A stretch of DNA of 64,000 nt, taken from contig JAKAHD010000001.1 of NCBI GenBank assembly GCA_021815205.1, positions 25,247 to 89,246 of the forward strand, read 5' to 3'. A program made the translations under genes and the position numbers. Origin of the DNA: a bacterium. GTDB taxonomy: Bacteria; Patescibacteriota; Minisyncoccia; UBA6257; GWB1-50-10. Each line of letters opens with the position of its first letter. Positions within the stretch are counted from its first letter, which is position 1. Shown here piece by piece: positions 18,231-27,620 of this stretch. The notes beneath the pieces are model-generated. The model worked only from the letters and a program-made list of their open reading frames with translations. It ran no database searches and was not told where the DNA came from.

Positions 18231-19175
18231 TTAGGATTTTGTCTTAATAAATTGCTCGACTTTCTGAATCGCCTCGGTATTGGTGTTAACCCAAATGATG
18301 CGGAAATCCCTTTTGAACCACGTCATCTGCCGCTTGGCGTAGCGGCATATTTCCTTCGCGAGTGTTTCTTCGAACGCTTCCCGTGTGATCTTCCCTTGGA
18401 GGAATTGGGCGCCGTACCGGTACTCGAGTCCGAGATCGTCCATACGTTTCCATGAAACACCTTCCTCATGGAGCCGGGTGATCTCCTCGATCATTCCGTG
18501 CCGGAGGCGTTTGTGAAGCCGTATCCTGATACGTCGTTCGAGTTCCTGTGGGTCTTTTCTGATTCCGAGGAAGAGTATGTCCGCGTCGAGCGGACAGAGG
18601 GAAAGTTCAGGCACTTTCCCGAGCGCCTCGGCGATCTCGAGCGCTCGGATAAGGCGACGCGGATTCTTAGGATCGATCGTCTTGGCTCGCGCAGGATCCT
18701 TTTTTTTCAAATACGAGAACAGTTCTTGAGCGGATACCTTCCCGAGTCGTGCGCGCAGCGCCCGATCTGGTCTTACTTCCGGGAAGACGATGCCATCCAC
18801 CGCGGCGCGGATATAAAGTCCCGTCCCGCCGCACACAACAGGCACCTTATTCTCTTTCCATATGCGCGCGATTTCTTTTCGCGCGAGTTTCTGATAGTGT
18901 GCGACGGTAAATATCCTCTTTGGATCCGCGATATCAAGAAGATGGTGCGGTACCCCCTTCATTTCGCGTTTTGTAATTTTCCCCGTGCCGATATTCATGC
19001 CCTTGTATACCTGCCTCGAATCGGCGGAGATAATCTCGGCGCCCTCTGCACCGAACCGCTTTTGCGCTCGCGCGGAGTTAAAAAGACGCGCCACCTCGAC
19101 CGCGAGTTCGGACTTCCCGCTCGCGGTGGGACCCGCGATTATGATGAGTGGGCGTACCGTATCCTTCCTCTCCAT
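18231..19175 (-). CDS. miaA: tRNA dimethylallyltransferase
   Basis: P-loop (IIAGPTASGKSELA) and MiaA conserved blocks. Confidence 0.93.
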   Translation of the reverse strand: MERKDTVRPLIIIAGPTASGKSELAVEVARLFNSARAQKRFGAEGAEIISADSRQVYKGMNIGTGKITKREMKGVPHHLLDIADPKRIFTVAHYQKLARKEIARIWKENKVPVVCGGTGLYIRAAVDGIVFPEVRPDRALRARLGKVSAQELFSYLKKKDPARAKTIDPKNPRRLIRALEIAEALGKVPELSLCPLDADILFLGIRKDPQELERRIRIRLHKRLRHGMIEEITRLHEEGVSWKRMDDLGLEYRYGAQFLQGKITREAFEETLAKEICRYAKRQMTWFKRDFRIIWVNTNTEAIQKVEQFIKTKS

Positions 19176-19215
19176 AGTGATAGCTATAGTATACGGCGAT
19201 CTTTCCTCACGCGCA

Positions 19216-19257
19216 TCTCCCGAGAGTGTTATGACGCGTCATAACACCCTCGGGAGA
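19216..19257. repeat. Palindrome family A copy 3 (extended 42-bp palindrome)
   Basis: TCTCCCGAGAGTGTTATGACGCGTCATAACACCCTCGGGAGA lies between thrS and miaA. Confidence 0.9.
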
Positions 19258-19362
19258 CGCCCGACAATGGACAACGGTGGAGATAGAACTTTCATGGAGG
19301 AAAGAAAATGAAAAGGAGCTTGGCATAAAAACATGCTAAGCTCTTATATTTTCTATAGCGCC

Positions 19363-19392
19363 GAGGGTGCTATGCTATAGCATAGCACCCTC
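19363..19392. repeat. Palindrome family B copy 2 (GAGGGTGCTATGCTATAGCATAGCACCCTC)
   Basis: Perfect 30-bp palindrome, 110 bp from family A copy 3. Confidence 0.9.
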
Positions 19393-19445
19393 AAGACGTC
19401 GAGAAATACTTCTTCTCCGGGGGCGGACCGGGATGACGAGAGCGC

Positions 19446-21233
19446 TTATTTCCGTTCTGTAATCTCTTTTGTAATTTTCTCGATGAATTTCTCAAGCGGA
19501 ATCGTTTCGGTTTCTTTCACGTGCCGCGTGCGGATAGTCACGGTTTTCGCGGTTTCTTCTTTCTCTCCTACGACGATCGTGTAGGGGATTTTCCGGAGTT
19601 CCGTTTCGCGGATCCGTTTTCCGAGCGTTTCGTTCGCACCCCCAAGTTCGGTGCGGATACCGTGTTGCGTAAGCCCCTCATTTACTTTCTCGGCATAGGC
19701 ACTGAACTTGTCACTCACAGGAAGGATGGTTACTTGCGTCGGTGCGAGCCAGACAGGGAAATCGCCCGCGTAGTGCTCGATCAAGACGGAGAGAAAACGC
19801 TCGATGGAGCCCATGATCGCCGCATGGATCATCACGATCCGTTCCGGCTCCCCTTCTTCGTTCGTGCAGGTGAGATCGAAGCGCTCCGGCATGTTCATGT
19901 CGAGCTGGATCGTCGCGACCTGCCACTCGCGCCTCAAGGAATCCTTCCCTATAAAATCTATTTTCGGACCGTAAAATGCCGCTTCGCCTTTTGCCTCGGT
20001 TGCGGTCGCGTGCCGCTCCTTTACGAGCGCGCGGAGTTCGTTTTCTGCCGCTTTCCAGGTTTTGGGATTTCCAAGATACTTCTCCATATGTTTCGGATCA
20101 GAGAGCGATAAACGTACCCCGAGATCGAATCCGAATGCGCCGTAGAATGTTTCGATGATGCGCCATATTTTTGCCATCTCTTCCCTAATTTGGGATTTCC
20201 TACAGAAGACGTGAGCATCATCCTGGGTGATGGATCGGACGCGCGAGAGGCCGGCAAGCTCTCCCGATTGTTCATCGCGGTATACTTTTGTGGTATTTGC
20301 ATAACGCTGAGGAAGTTCGCGGTAGCTCCATGATCGGCGGGCGTAGATCTGCGTGTGATGAGGGCAGTTCATCGGTTTTATCGCAAAAAAATGTCCTTCG
20401 CGCGTCCTCACCTTGAAGAGATCATCCTTGAATTTCTCCCAGTGTCCGCTTTTCTCGTACAGTTCTTTTTTAGTGAGGTGCGGTATGTCGACCTGGCTAT
20501 ACCCCGCCGCCCTGCGGAGACCCCACACGTAATCGTCAAGAAGGTTCCGGAGCAGTGTTCCCTTCGGAGTCCATAGGGGGAGCCCCGCCCCCACAAGTTC
20601 GGAGAAGGTGAAGAGATCGAGTTCGGGTCCCAATTTTTTATGATCGCGCCGCTTCGCCTCTTCCTGAAACGCGAGATAGTCGTCGAGTTCTTCTTTTGTT
20701 TTAAATGCAAGCCCGTAGATGCGCGTGAGCATCGGATTCTTCTCGTCGCCGCGCCAGTAGGCGCCCGCGATATGGGAGAGCTTGAACGCGTCGGGATTGA
20801 TCTCCGAGGTGTTTCTCACATGCCCTCCCTTGCATAAGTCTACGAATGCCGCTGATTGCCGCTGATTTTTAGCTGATGACCGCTGACCCTCTTTTCCGGT
20901 AATGTAGATAGTAAGCGGTTTTTTCTCTTTCTGAAATTCTTTAATGAGATCAAGTTTGAAGGGCTGGTCTCCAAAAAGTTTTTTCGCGGCAAGGGGAGTG
21001 ATTTTTTTACCTGAAAAGGGGAGCTTTTTGCCAACGAGTCCCCGCATGGTTTTCTCGAACTCCCGCAAGTCCTCGTCCGTGATGGGGCGGGGGAGCTTGA
21101 AGTCGTAGTAGAACCCGTGTTCGATTACGGGCCCGATCCCGAGCTTCGCCTTCGGAAATTTCTTCAGTACCGCCGCGGCCAAGAGGTGCGCCAAGGAGTG
21201 ACGGATGCCGTCCACGGAATCGTGTGTTTTCAT
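19446..21233 (-). CDS. thrS: Threonine--tRNA ligase (no N-terminal TGS domain)
   Basis: Class II aaRS core plus the ThrRS editing/second additional domain (HSLAHLLAAAV). 595 aa. Confidence 0.95.
   Translation of the reverse strand: MKTHDSVDGIRHSLAHLLAAAVLKKFPKAKLGIGPVIEHGFYYDFKLPRPITDEDLREFEKTMRGLVGKKLPFSGKKITPLAAKKLFGDQPFKLDLIKEFQKEKKPLTIYITGKEGQRSSAKNQRQSAAFVDLCKGGHVRNTSEINPDAFKLSHIAGAYWRGDEKNPMLTRIYGLAFKTKEELDDYLAFQEEAKRRDHKKLGPELDLFTFSELVGAGLPLWTPKGTLLRNLLDDYVWGLRRAAGYSQVDIPHLTKKELYEKSGHWEKFKDDLFKVRTREGHFFAIKPMNCPHHTQIYARRSWSYRELPQRYANTTKVYRDEQSGELAGLSRVRSITQDDAHVFCRKSQIREEMAKIWRIIETFYGAFGFDLGVRLSLSDPKHMEKYLGNPKTWKAAENELRALVKERHATATEAKGEAAFYGPKIDFIGKDSLRREWQVATIQLDMNMPERFDLTCTNEEGEPERIVMIHAAIMGSIERFLSVLIEHYAGDFPVWLAPTQVTILPVSDKFSAYAEKVNEGLTQHGIRTELGGANETLGKRIRETELRKIPYTIVVGEKEETAKTVTIRTRHVKETETIPLEKFIEKITKEITERK
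20849..20888. repeat. Tandem CGCTGAT motif array (CCGCTGATTGCCGCTGATTTTTAGCTGATGACCGCTGAC)
   Basis: Four iterations of (C)GCTGA(T/C). The same hexamer arrays recur at 36466-36490, 55419-55440, 56063-56097, 59470-59490 and 61485-61568. Confidence 0.6.
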
Positions 21234-21250
21234 TACTATAAATTATGCCT

Positions 21251-22843
21251 CTAATTCTTGTTTTTTGGAAGTGCGTCAAGGATTTTTTGCGCCGAGGCGG
21301 GATCGCGGATCGAGACGTAGTAGTTATAGAGTTTCTGGTATGGGAAAATGAAAGTTGGATCAAGCGCGATCGAGCGTTGCCATTCAGCGATCGCATCCTT
21401 CATCTTGCCTTCCGTTTCATATACGTTTCCGAGATCATAATGCGGCACGGCGTTTGCGGGATCGAGCGTGATCGTGCGTTCGTAGGCGTTCTTCGCGTAG
21501 GCGAGGTTCCCCGCATCGGCGTAGGCGATGCCGAGATTGTTCCAGATGCGTACGCTTTGCGGCGCGTACCGGAGCGTCTGCGTGTAGAAGGTAATTGGAT
21601 CGCGCCAGTCCGTGTTTCTTTTTATCGTTTGTATCCCGAAAAAAATGATTCCTGCGCCCCCCACCGAGATGAGTGCATATTGGAGCGTTCGGAGATTTCG
21701 TGGAATAAGCGATACGAGCGCCGCGAGGAAGAGGAAGAACCCCACGATCGGTGCGTACATATAATGTTCGTAGATGAGGCCCGCGACGGGAACCGCGATG
21801 CCGGAAGCGGGGAAGATCGCGACAAAGAACCACGCGGCGCCGAAGGCAATGCGCTTATCTCTTTTCCAAAAGAGCGCTGAGACGGCGATGAGAAGCGCCG
21901 CGATGACGAACCCGAGAATTACCTGCGGATTGAAGAACGCAGTCGCGACAGGAAACGAGAGCGAGCGTTCCATGTGAAGCCCCACGGGAAAGAGCATAAG
22001 CCCCGCGTAGACGGGGAGCGTCGAGAGGAAGGTGAAGAATCTCGCCGTGATGTGATCGGTGTAGTAGGTGTGAGTGTTGTAGATGTTGAATGTGTTTTGA
22101 AAATCAAGAAGCGTGCCGCGCAGGATAAGAAACCCGATACCGAGAATCGCGAACGGCAAAAGGCGCATCACAATTTCCCGCACGGACTTTTTCCATTTTT
22201 CCTTCAATTCAAGCGCATACCAGATATCCACAAGGAGCAGGAATCCGGGGAGTATGATGGAACGTTCCTTCGTCATGAGCGCAAGAGGATACATAAAGAA
22301 TGCCGCGAGGTACCAGTACGAAGCGGCACCGCTGTCGCTTTTCTTCTGGTGTATCCGGATGTAAAAGAGCATCGCGAGGAGTGTGAAGAAGAACGAAAGC
22401 GGATCGCCGCGCCCCGAGACGTATGTGATCGCCTCGGTTTGAAGCGGGGAGACGAGAAAGAAAAGCGCGACCGCGAAAGAGACGAGTTTCTTTTTGAAAA
22501 GCGCAAAGAGCACGAAGAAGACGAGGATCGCATTCCCGATATGGAGGAGCGTGTTCGTGAGATGGTACCCGCCGACCCAGTTACCCCAGAGATGCCACTC
22601 GATCGAATAGGTGATGAGGAGAACGGGGCGCCAGTAGTTGCTCTCGAGCCCCGAGCCCGCGATCAGGTTTTTCGTGAAGAAGTCGCCGATCGAGAAATTA
22701 TGGACATAGGCGTTATTCACGATGCCGTCGAAGTCGTCCCAGAACATCTGGTTCCCAAACGAGTTCGCGTAGATCGAAAACCCAATGATAATGAGAGCGA
22801 GGACCGCCAACAAGGTCGTGTGACCGAGAATCCATTTCTTCAT
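21251..22843 (-). CDS. Polytopic membrane protein with C-terminal TPR repeats (GT-C / TMTC-PMT-like putative glycosyltransferase)
   Basis: About 11 predicted TM segments and a C-terminal TPR module (NLGIAYADAGNLAYAKNAYERTITLDP...). The overlapping plus-strand Glu/Arg-rich ORFs are spurious. Confidence 0.6.
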   Translation of the reverse strand: MKKWILGHTTLLAVLALIIIGFSIYANSFGNQMFWDDFDGIVNNAYVHNFSIGDFFTKNLIAGSGLESNYWRPVLLITYSIEWHLWGNWVGGYHLTNTLLHIGNAILVFFVLFALFKKKLVSFAVALFFLVSPLQTEAITYVSGRGDPLSFFFTLLAMLFYIRIHQKKSDSGAASYWYLAAFFMYPLALMTKERSIILPGFLLLVDIWYALELKEKWKKSVREIVMRLLPFAILGIGFLILRGTLLDFQNTFNIYNTHTYYTDHITARFFTFLSTLPVYAGLMLFPVGLHMERSLSFPVATAFFNPQVILGFVIAALLIAVSALFWKRDKRIAFGAAWFFVAIFPASGIAVPVAGLIYEHYMYAPIVGFFLFLAALVSLIPRNLRTLQYALISVGGAGIIFFGIQTIKRNTDWRDPITFYTQTLRYAPQSVRIWNNLGIAYADAGNLAYAKNAYERTITLDPANAVPHYDLGNVYETEGKMKDAIAEWQRSIALDPTFIFPYQKLYNYYVSIRDPASAQKILDALPKNKN

Positions 22844-22878
22844 AGAGATAATGATAACAGATTTAGGAGTCTAGACTT

Positions 22879-22959
22879 CTGCGCCGCACACCTTGCTGCT
22901 CGGGCGCTCCGGGGCGCTAGCCCAAGTCCTACCCTCGCATCAAAGTATGCGGCGCAGGA
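22879..22959. mobile_element. Repeat family E copy 2 (CTGCTCGGGCGCTCCGGGGCGCTAGCCCAAGTCCTACCCTCGC, flanked by inverted repeats CTGCGCCGCACA / TATGCGGCGCAG)
   Basis: The core is shared with 34256-34283 and, reverse-complemented, with 3744-3768. Confidence 0.7.
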
Positions 22960-23136
22960 GTCCATTGGAGGTGATTATTGGCTAAGCTACACGAGACGAT
23001 CTTTTGGATGATATATACCAGATCGCAATCCTTTCCCAATGTAACCTTATTAGGTAAAAACAACTTTTCCTTTTCGAAGAAGCTTCTTGGAGTGAGGATA
23101 TAGCTTTATGAGCGACAATGAAGGAACAGGAATTTA

Positions 23137-23263
23137 TCCCGTGAGAAGCAGAAAACCCCGGGCGTGCCACGGGGATGAACCCCACACTCATTTAGTGTGG
23201 GGGTGAATGCCTTGTCCCGTGGCGAACGCGGGGTTTACTACTCCGTGTGAGCTTCTCACGGGA
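23137..23263. mobile_element. MITE-like repeat family D copy 2
   Basis: Same 13-bp TIRs and core as 18053-18177, with a few substitutions. Confidence 0.85.
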
Positions 23264-23400
23264 TTTATCACTGTCCGAATCCCGAAGTCTGCCGTAGGCA
23301 GACGGAGGTTGAGTTTGAGAAATTCCATTGTGAATGAGGAGGAGCGAATAAAAAGCTATCCGAGCGGAAAGCTGGCTGATGAGGAAAAGAAAAGTTGTTT

Positions 23401-26400
23401 TCACAGCGCCTCCACCCCCTCGCAGATATACTTTGTGTCCCCGTTTTTCCACGAGAGGAAGCCGTCCACGATGACCACCCTGTTCTCCTCCCACACTTCC
23501 GGTTTCTTCGCGAGGAGCTCCGAAAACACAAGGAGCTCGATTGAATTATTTTCGTGGTCTTCGAGCGTTACGAAGAGCATCGGCTGCCCTTTTTTTGTTA
23601 CGATCTTCTTCATGACGCTCACGACGCCCGCCATCCGGAACTTCAAAGATTTTTCACCCTGCTTCGGTACGGAGAGCGCGAATGCGATGGTCTTTGCCTT
23701 GCCGTTCAGTTTCGGCAGATGCTCGCTCATCGGATGGTCGGTGAGGTAGAGTCCTAAAAGCTCTTTTTCCCACCCAAGCATTGTGGCGGTATCGGTTTTT
23801 TCGACGGGACGGAGACGCAACGCCCCGAACGTCGAGACGTTTCCGAAGAGTGAGTTCTGGTTGCTTCCGGAGATTTTTTTTGCGGCCTGGTTGAACTTGA
23901 TGAGCTCCTCGATGTTTGCAAGAAGCGTGCCGCGTTCTACACCAAACGAATCCAACGCGCCGGCTTTTGCGAGACTTTCCAGGGACTTCTTGTTCATATC
24001 CCTGTGATAAAGACGCGAGAGGAAGTTTTGGAGACTGGTATATGCTCCGCCGCGCGCCCGCTCTTCGATAATGGCGTTCACGATGTTCGCGCCGAGATTT
24101 TTGATCGCGAGGAGTCCGAACCGTATTCCAGCTTGCCCCGAATCGGATTGAGGGGGTTGCCCCGCGTGCCCGCCGAAGTTTTGCGAATACTGGGAGCGTA
24201 TCGAAGAGTCTACGGTGAAATCCTGGAAGCTCGAGTTCACGTCCGGAGGCAGTACCTCGATTCGGTGATGCCGCGCCTCGCTCACGAGAAAACTGATACG
24301 CTCCACGTCGGTGCCCGAGACGTTCAGGAGACTTGCCATAAACTCGACGGGATAGTGCGCCTTAAGGTACGCCGTCTCGTAGCTTATCATGGCGTAGCAC
24401 GCGGCATGCGATCGATTGAAGCCGTACCGCGCGAAGGGAGGAAAGAGCTCCCAAATCTTCACGGCGATGCGCTTCTCGATGCCGTTTCTCGTCATGCCCT
24501 CGATGAGTTTTTTCTCCTGTTCGTCAAGGAGACTCTTGATTTTCTTTCCGATTGCCTTGCGGAGCGTGTCCGCCTCGGCGAGCGTGAAACCCGCGAGGTC
24601 GCGCGCGATGCGCATCATCTGTTCCTGATAGATTCCCACGCCGTAGGTCCCTTCGAGGATGGGCTTGAGTTTCGGATGAATGTAGTTTACGGTTTCTCTT
24701 CCGAACTTGCGGTTGATGTACTGCGGAATCAGTTCCATAGGTCCCGGGCGGTACAGCGATACCATTACAATAATGTCCTCAAGGTTGGTCGGCTTCAGCT
24801 CTTTCAGATAGCGGCGCATACCCTGCGACTCGAACTGGAAGATGCCGGTCGTGTCGCCTCTCTGGAAGATTTCGAATGTTGCCGCATCGTCAAGGGGAAT
24901 TGCGTCGATGTCGATCGAGACGCCGTGATATTCCTTCACGAGGCGGAGCGTTTTTTCGATAATGGTGAGGTTCTTGAGTCCCAAGAGGTCCATCTTCAAG
25001 AGCCCAATATCCTCGACACTGTGCCCCTCGAACTGCGTGAGGATCGTCTCTTCTCCTTGCGGCGCGTGCTGGAGCGGTATGAAGTTCGTGAGCGGTTCGG
25101 GGGAAATCACAACGCCGCATGCGTGCACCGAGGCGTGGCGAGCCGTACCCTCGAGTTTCAGTGCCGCGTCGAGGATCTTCTTCGCGTCCGCGTTATCGGT
25201 GTACAGCTTCTTAAGTTCCGGAATTGAGACGATTTCATCCTTCAGAGGAATGTTGAGACCCGTGATGAGCTTCGCGATCTGGTCGCACAAGGCGTAGGGG
25301 TAGCTCATCGCGCGTCCCGCGTCGCGAATTGCCGCGCGCGCCATCATCGTCCCGAACGTGATAATCTGCGCGACGTGGTCCGCGCCGTAGCGCTCGCGGA
25401 CGTAGGCCAAGACCTCGTCGCGGCGCGTGTCCGTGAAGTCCACGTCGATATCGGGCGCCTGGATCCTGTCGGGGTTCAGAAATCGTTCGAAGAGAAGCTC
25501 GTACTTCAGGGGGTCGATGTTCGTGATCCCGAGGATATAAGAAACGATGCTTCCCGCCGCGCTCCCGCGGCCGGGCCCCACGACAATGCCGTGATCCCTC
25601 GCCCACGTAATGTAGTCCTGCACGATAAGGAAGTAGTCGGCGAAGCCGGTTTTCTTAATCACGCCCATTTCCATCTGAAGGCGTTCCCGTACCTCATCCG
25701 TCGTCTTGGGGTATCGCTTACCGATTCGCTCCTCAATGAGATTGCCGAGGTATTCGAATGAATCTTTTCCTTCGGGGAGCGGGAAACGGGGAAGAAACGT
25801 CTTTCCGAGTCCGAGCTGCCAGTTGCACTTCTCCGCGATTTTCCATGTGTGCTCGATCGCCTCGGGAATATGCGCGAAATGTTTTTCCATCTGCTCCGGC
25901 GATTGAAGTGAGAGGTCGAAGCGTTTCAAACTCAGGCGATCCTCGTCGTCGAGTTTGGTGTTCGTCTGCACCGCGAGAAGTATCTCATGCGCGGTCTTGT
26001 CGTCGGGATTCACGTAATGGATATCCTGCGTCGCGACGAGCGGAATACCGAGTTTTTTTCCAAGTGTCATGAGCGGCGCGTGGAGTTCCGGTGCGTGCGG
26101 CTGTACTTCGAGATAATAATCTTCGCCGAAGAGGTTTTGATACCATCGCGCGGTTTCCTCCGCTTCCTGCATTTTTTTTGCCGCGACGAGCCGCCCGATT
26201 TCCCCGGAGAAACATCCCGAGAGACACACAAGCCCCTCGTGGTGTTTTTTGAGAAGCTCCTTGTCAATGCGCGGCTTGTAGTAGAAGCCGTCGAGGTAAG
26301 AGATGGTGACGAGCTTTATGAGATTCTTCCATCCCGTCTCGTTTTTTGCGAGGAGGATTTGATGATAACGCATCTCGTCGATTTTCGGTCGTTTATTGAG

Positions 26401-26625
26401 ATGTCCGTTCGGCGCGATGTACGTCTCGACGCCGATTATGGGTTTGATACCCGCCTTCGCTGCTTTTTTATAGAACTCCACAGCACCATAGAGATTGCCG
26501 TGATCGGTCAAGGCAATTGCATCCATGCCGAGTTCTTTCGAGCGGTTCACGAGGCCGTCTATTTTCGCGAGTCCATCAAGCAATGAATAATGACTGTGGG
26601 TATGTAAGTGGACAAATTTAGACAT
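23401..26625 (-). CDS. dnaE: DNA polymerase III subunit alpha
   Basis: N-terminal PHP domain (HLHTHSHYSLLDG), a polymerase core and an OB domain; 1074 aa. The long antisense ORFs within it are spurious. Confidence 0.97.
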   Translation of the reverse strand: MSKFVHLHTHSHYSLLDGLAKIDGLVNRSKELGMDAIALTDHGNLYGAVEFYKKAAKAGIKPIIGVETYIAPNGHLNKRPKIDEMRYHQILLAKNETGWKNLIKLVTISYLDGFYYKPRIDKELLKKHHEGLVCLSGCFSGEIGRLVAAKKMQEAEETARWYQNLFGEDYYLEVQPHAPELHAPLMTLGKKLGIPLVATQDIHYVNPDDKTAHEILLAVQTNTKLDDEDRLSLKRFDLSLQSPEQMEKHFAHIPEAIEHTWKIAEKCNWQLGLGKTFLPRFPLPEGKDSFEYLGNLIEERIGKRYPKTTDEVRERLQMEMGVIKKTGFADYFLIVQDYITWARDHGIVVGPGRGSAAGSIVSYILGITNIDPLKYELLFERFLNPDRIQAPDIDVDFTDTRRDEVLAYVRERYGADHVAQIITFGTMMARAAIRDAGRAMSYPYALCDQIAKLITGLNIPLKDEIVSIPELKKLYTDNADAKKILDAALKLEGTARHASVHACGVVISPEPLTNFIPLQHAPQGEETILTQFEGHSVEDIGLLKMDLLGLKNLTIIEKTLRLVKEYHGVSIDIDAIPLDDAATFEIFQRGDTTGIFQFESQGMRRYLKELKPTNLEDIIVMVSLYRPGPMELIPQYINRKFGRETVNYIHPKLKPILEGTYGVGIYQEQMMRIARDLAGFTLAEADTLRKAIGKKIKSLLDEQEKKLIEGMTRNGIEKRIAVKIWELFPPFARYGFNRSHAACYAMISYETAYLKAHYPVEFMASLLNVSGTDVERISFLVSEARHHRIEVLPPDVNSSFQDFTVDSSIRSQYSQNFGGHAGQPPQSDSGQAGIRFGLLAIKNLGANIVNAIIEERARGGAYTSLQNFLSRLYHRDMNKKSLESLAKAGALDSFGVERGTLLANIEELIKFNQAAKKISGSNQNSLFGNVSTFGALRLRPVEKTDTATMLGWEKELLGLYLTDHPMSEHLPKLNGKAKTIAFALSVPKQGEKSLKFRMAGVVSVMKKIVTKKGQPMLFVTLEDHENNSIELLVFSELLAKKPEVWEENRVVIVDGFLSWKNGDTKYICEGVEAL

Positions 26626-26764
26626 AATAATATGTGTGGAGACCTGCCCCGTAGCATTCGAGCGAAGCGAGAGTTGCTATGGAGTGTACGAACTTGGGCA
26701 TGGCATTTACCCACTCATTGTATTCGGGGAGGAAAGGACGCGCAAACCCTCGAATGCTTTATAA

Positions 26765-27361
26765 TTGAGAATGATGAGATACAAATACACCATCGGCATC
26801 GACGAAGTGGGGCGGGGACCCTTGGCAGGACCCGTCACGGTCTGCGCCGCCGCGATCCCCAAGGGCATGAAGCTCGACTCGCTCCCGAACGGGGTGAAGC
26901 TCAATGACTCGAAGAAACTTACGGCGAAATCGCGGGAGGCGTGGGCGAAGAAGCTCAAGGAGCGTGGAGTTGTGTTCGCGATCTCGAACGTGACGCCCGG
27001 AGTAATCGACAGGATCAACATCTCGAAGGCGGCGAATCGAGCCGCGGAACGTTCCTTAAACCGACTCGCGGAAAAGAAAGGGATCCCGCTTACGCAGTCG
27101 CTGATTTTTTTGGACGGGGGGTTGTACGTTGATGGGGGACGTACGGTGATCAAAGCCGATGGACGGATCAATGCCGTGAAGGCGGCATCCATTTTGGCGA
27201 AAGTGAGAAGAGACAGGTATATGAAGAAGATTTCGCTGCGCTACCCCTTCTATGGATTCGAGAAGCATGTAGGGTACGGTACGCGGGCGCATATCGCGGC
27301 GATTAAGAAGCACGGGCTCTCCCCCGCGCATCGGAAAAGTTTCTGCCGTTCGTTCGTGTAG
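26765..27361 (+). CDS. rnhB: Ribonuclease HII
   Basis: GIDEVGRGPLAGPV catalytic motif and RNase HII fold-wide similarity. Confidence 0.9.
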   Translation: MRMMRYKYTIGIDEVGRGPLAGPVTVCAAAIPKGMKLDSLPNGVKLNDSKKLTAKSREAWAKKLKERGVVFAISNVTPGVIDRINISKAANRAAERSLNRLAEKKGIPLTQSLIFLDGGLYVDGGRTVIKADGRINAVKAASILAKVRRDRYMKKISLRYPFYGFEKHVGYGTRAHIAAIKKHGLSPAHRKSFCRSFV

Positions 27362-27379
27362 TCCGTGTCTTCGTGTCTA

Positions 27380-27511
27380 TCCCGTGAGAAGCAAGAAACC
27401 CCGTGGCGTGCCACAGAGATGAACCCCCACACTCATTTCGTGTGGGGGGGGTGAATGCCTCGTCCCGCGGCGAACGCGGGGTTTCCTACCCCCATGTGAG
27501 CTTCTCACGGG
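27380..27511. mobile_element. MITE-like repeat family D copy 3
   Basis: Same TIRs and core as copies 1 and 2. Followed by a 44-bp imperfect palindrome ATTACTAACTTGTGTGACGATCGTCACATAAGTTAGTAAT (27521-27566). Confidence 0.85.
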
Positions 27512-27585
27512 ATTTATTTTACATTACTAACTTGTGTGACGATCGTCACATAAGTTAGTAATGTAGTAATAGAGAAAACGAGTAT

Positions 27586-27620
27586 AGGATATAAAATCCC
27601 GCCTGTGAAACACAGGCGGG
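27586..27620 (-). terminator. Rho-independent terminator of rnpB (CCCGCCUGUG-UUU-CACAGGCGGG followed by AUUUUAUAU on the minus strand)
   Basis: A 10-bp GC-rich stem followed by a U-rich tract, immediately after the conserved 3' end of the RNase P RNA. Confidence 0.6.

Noticed and set aside
21245-23011. Plus-strand ORFs 21245..21880 and 21974..23011 (Glu/Arg/Asp-rich, 211 and 345 aa)
   Set aside because: They are antisense to the well-supported TPR membrane protein gene. Their low-complexity charged composition is typical of antisense artefacts.
24004-26586. Plus-strand ORFs 24004..25227 (407 aa) and 25987..26586 (199 aa)
   Set aside because: Antisense to dnaE, whose PHP and polymerase motifs are unambiguous.
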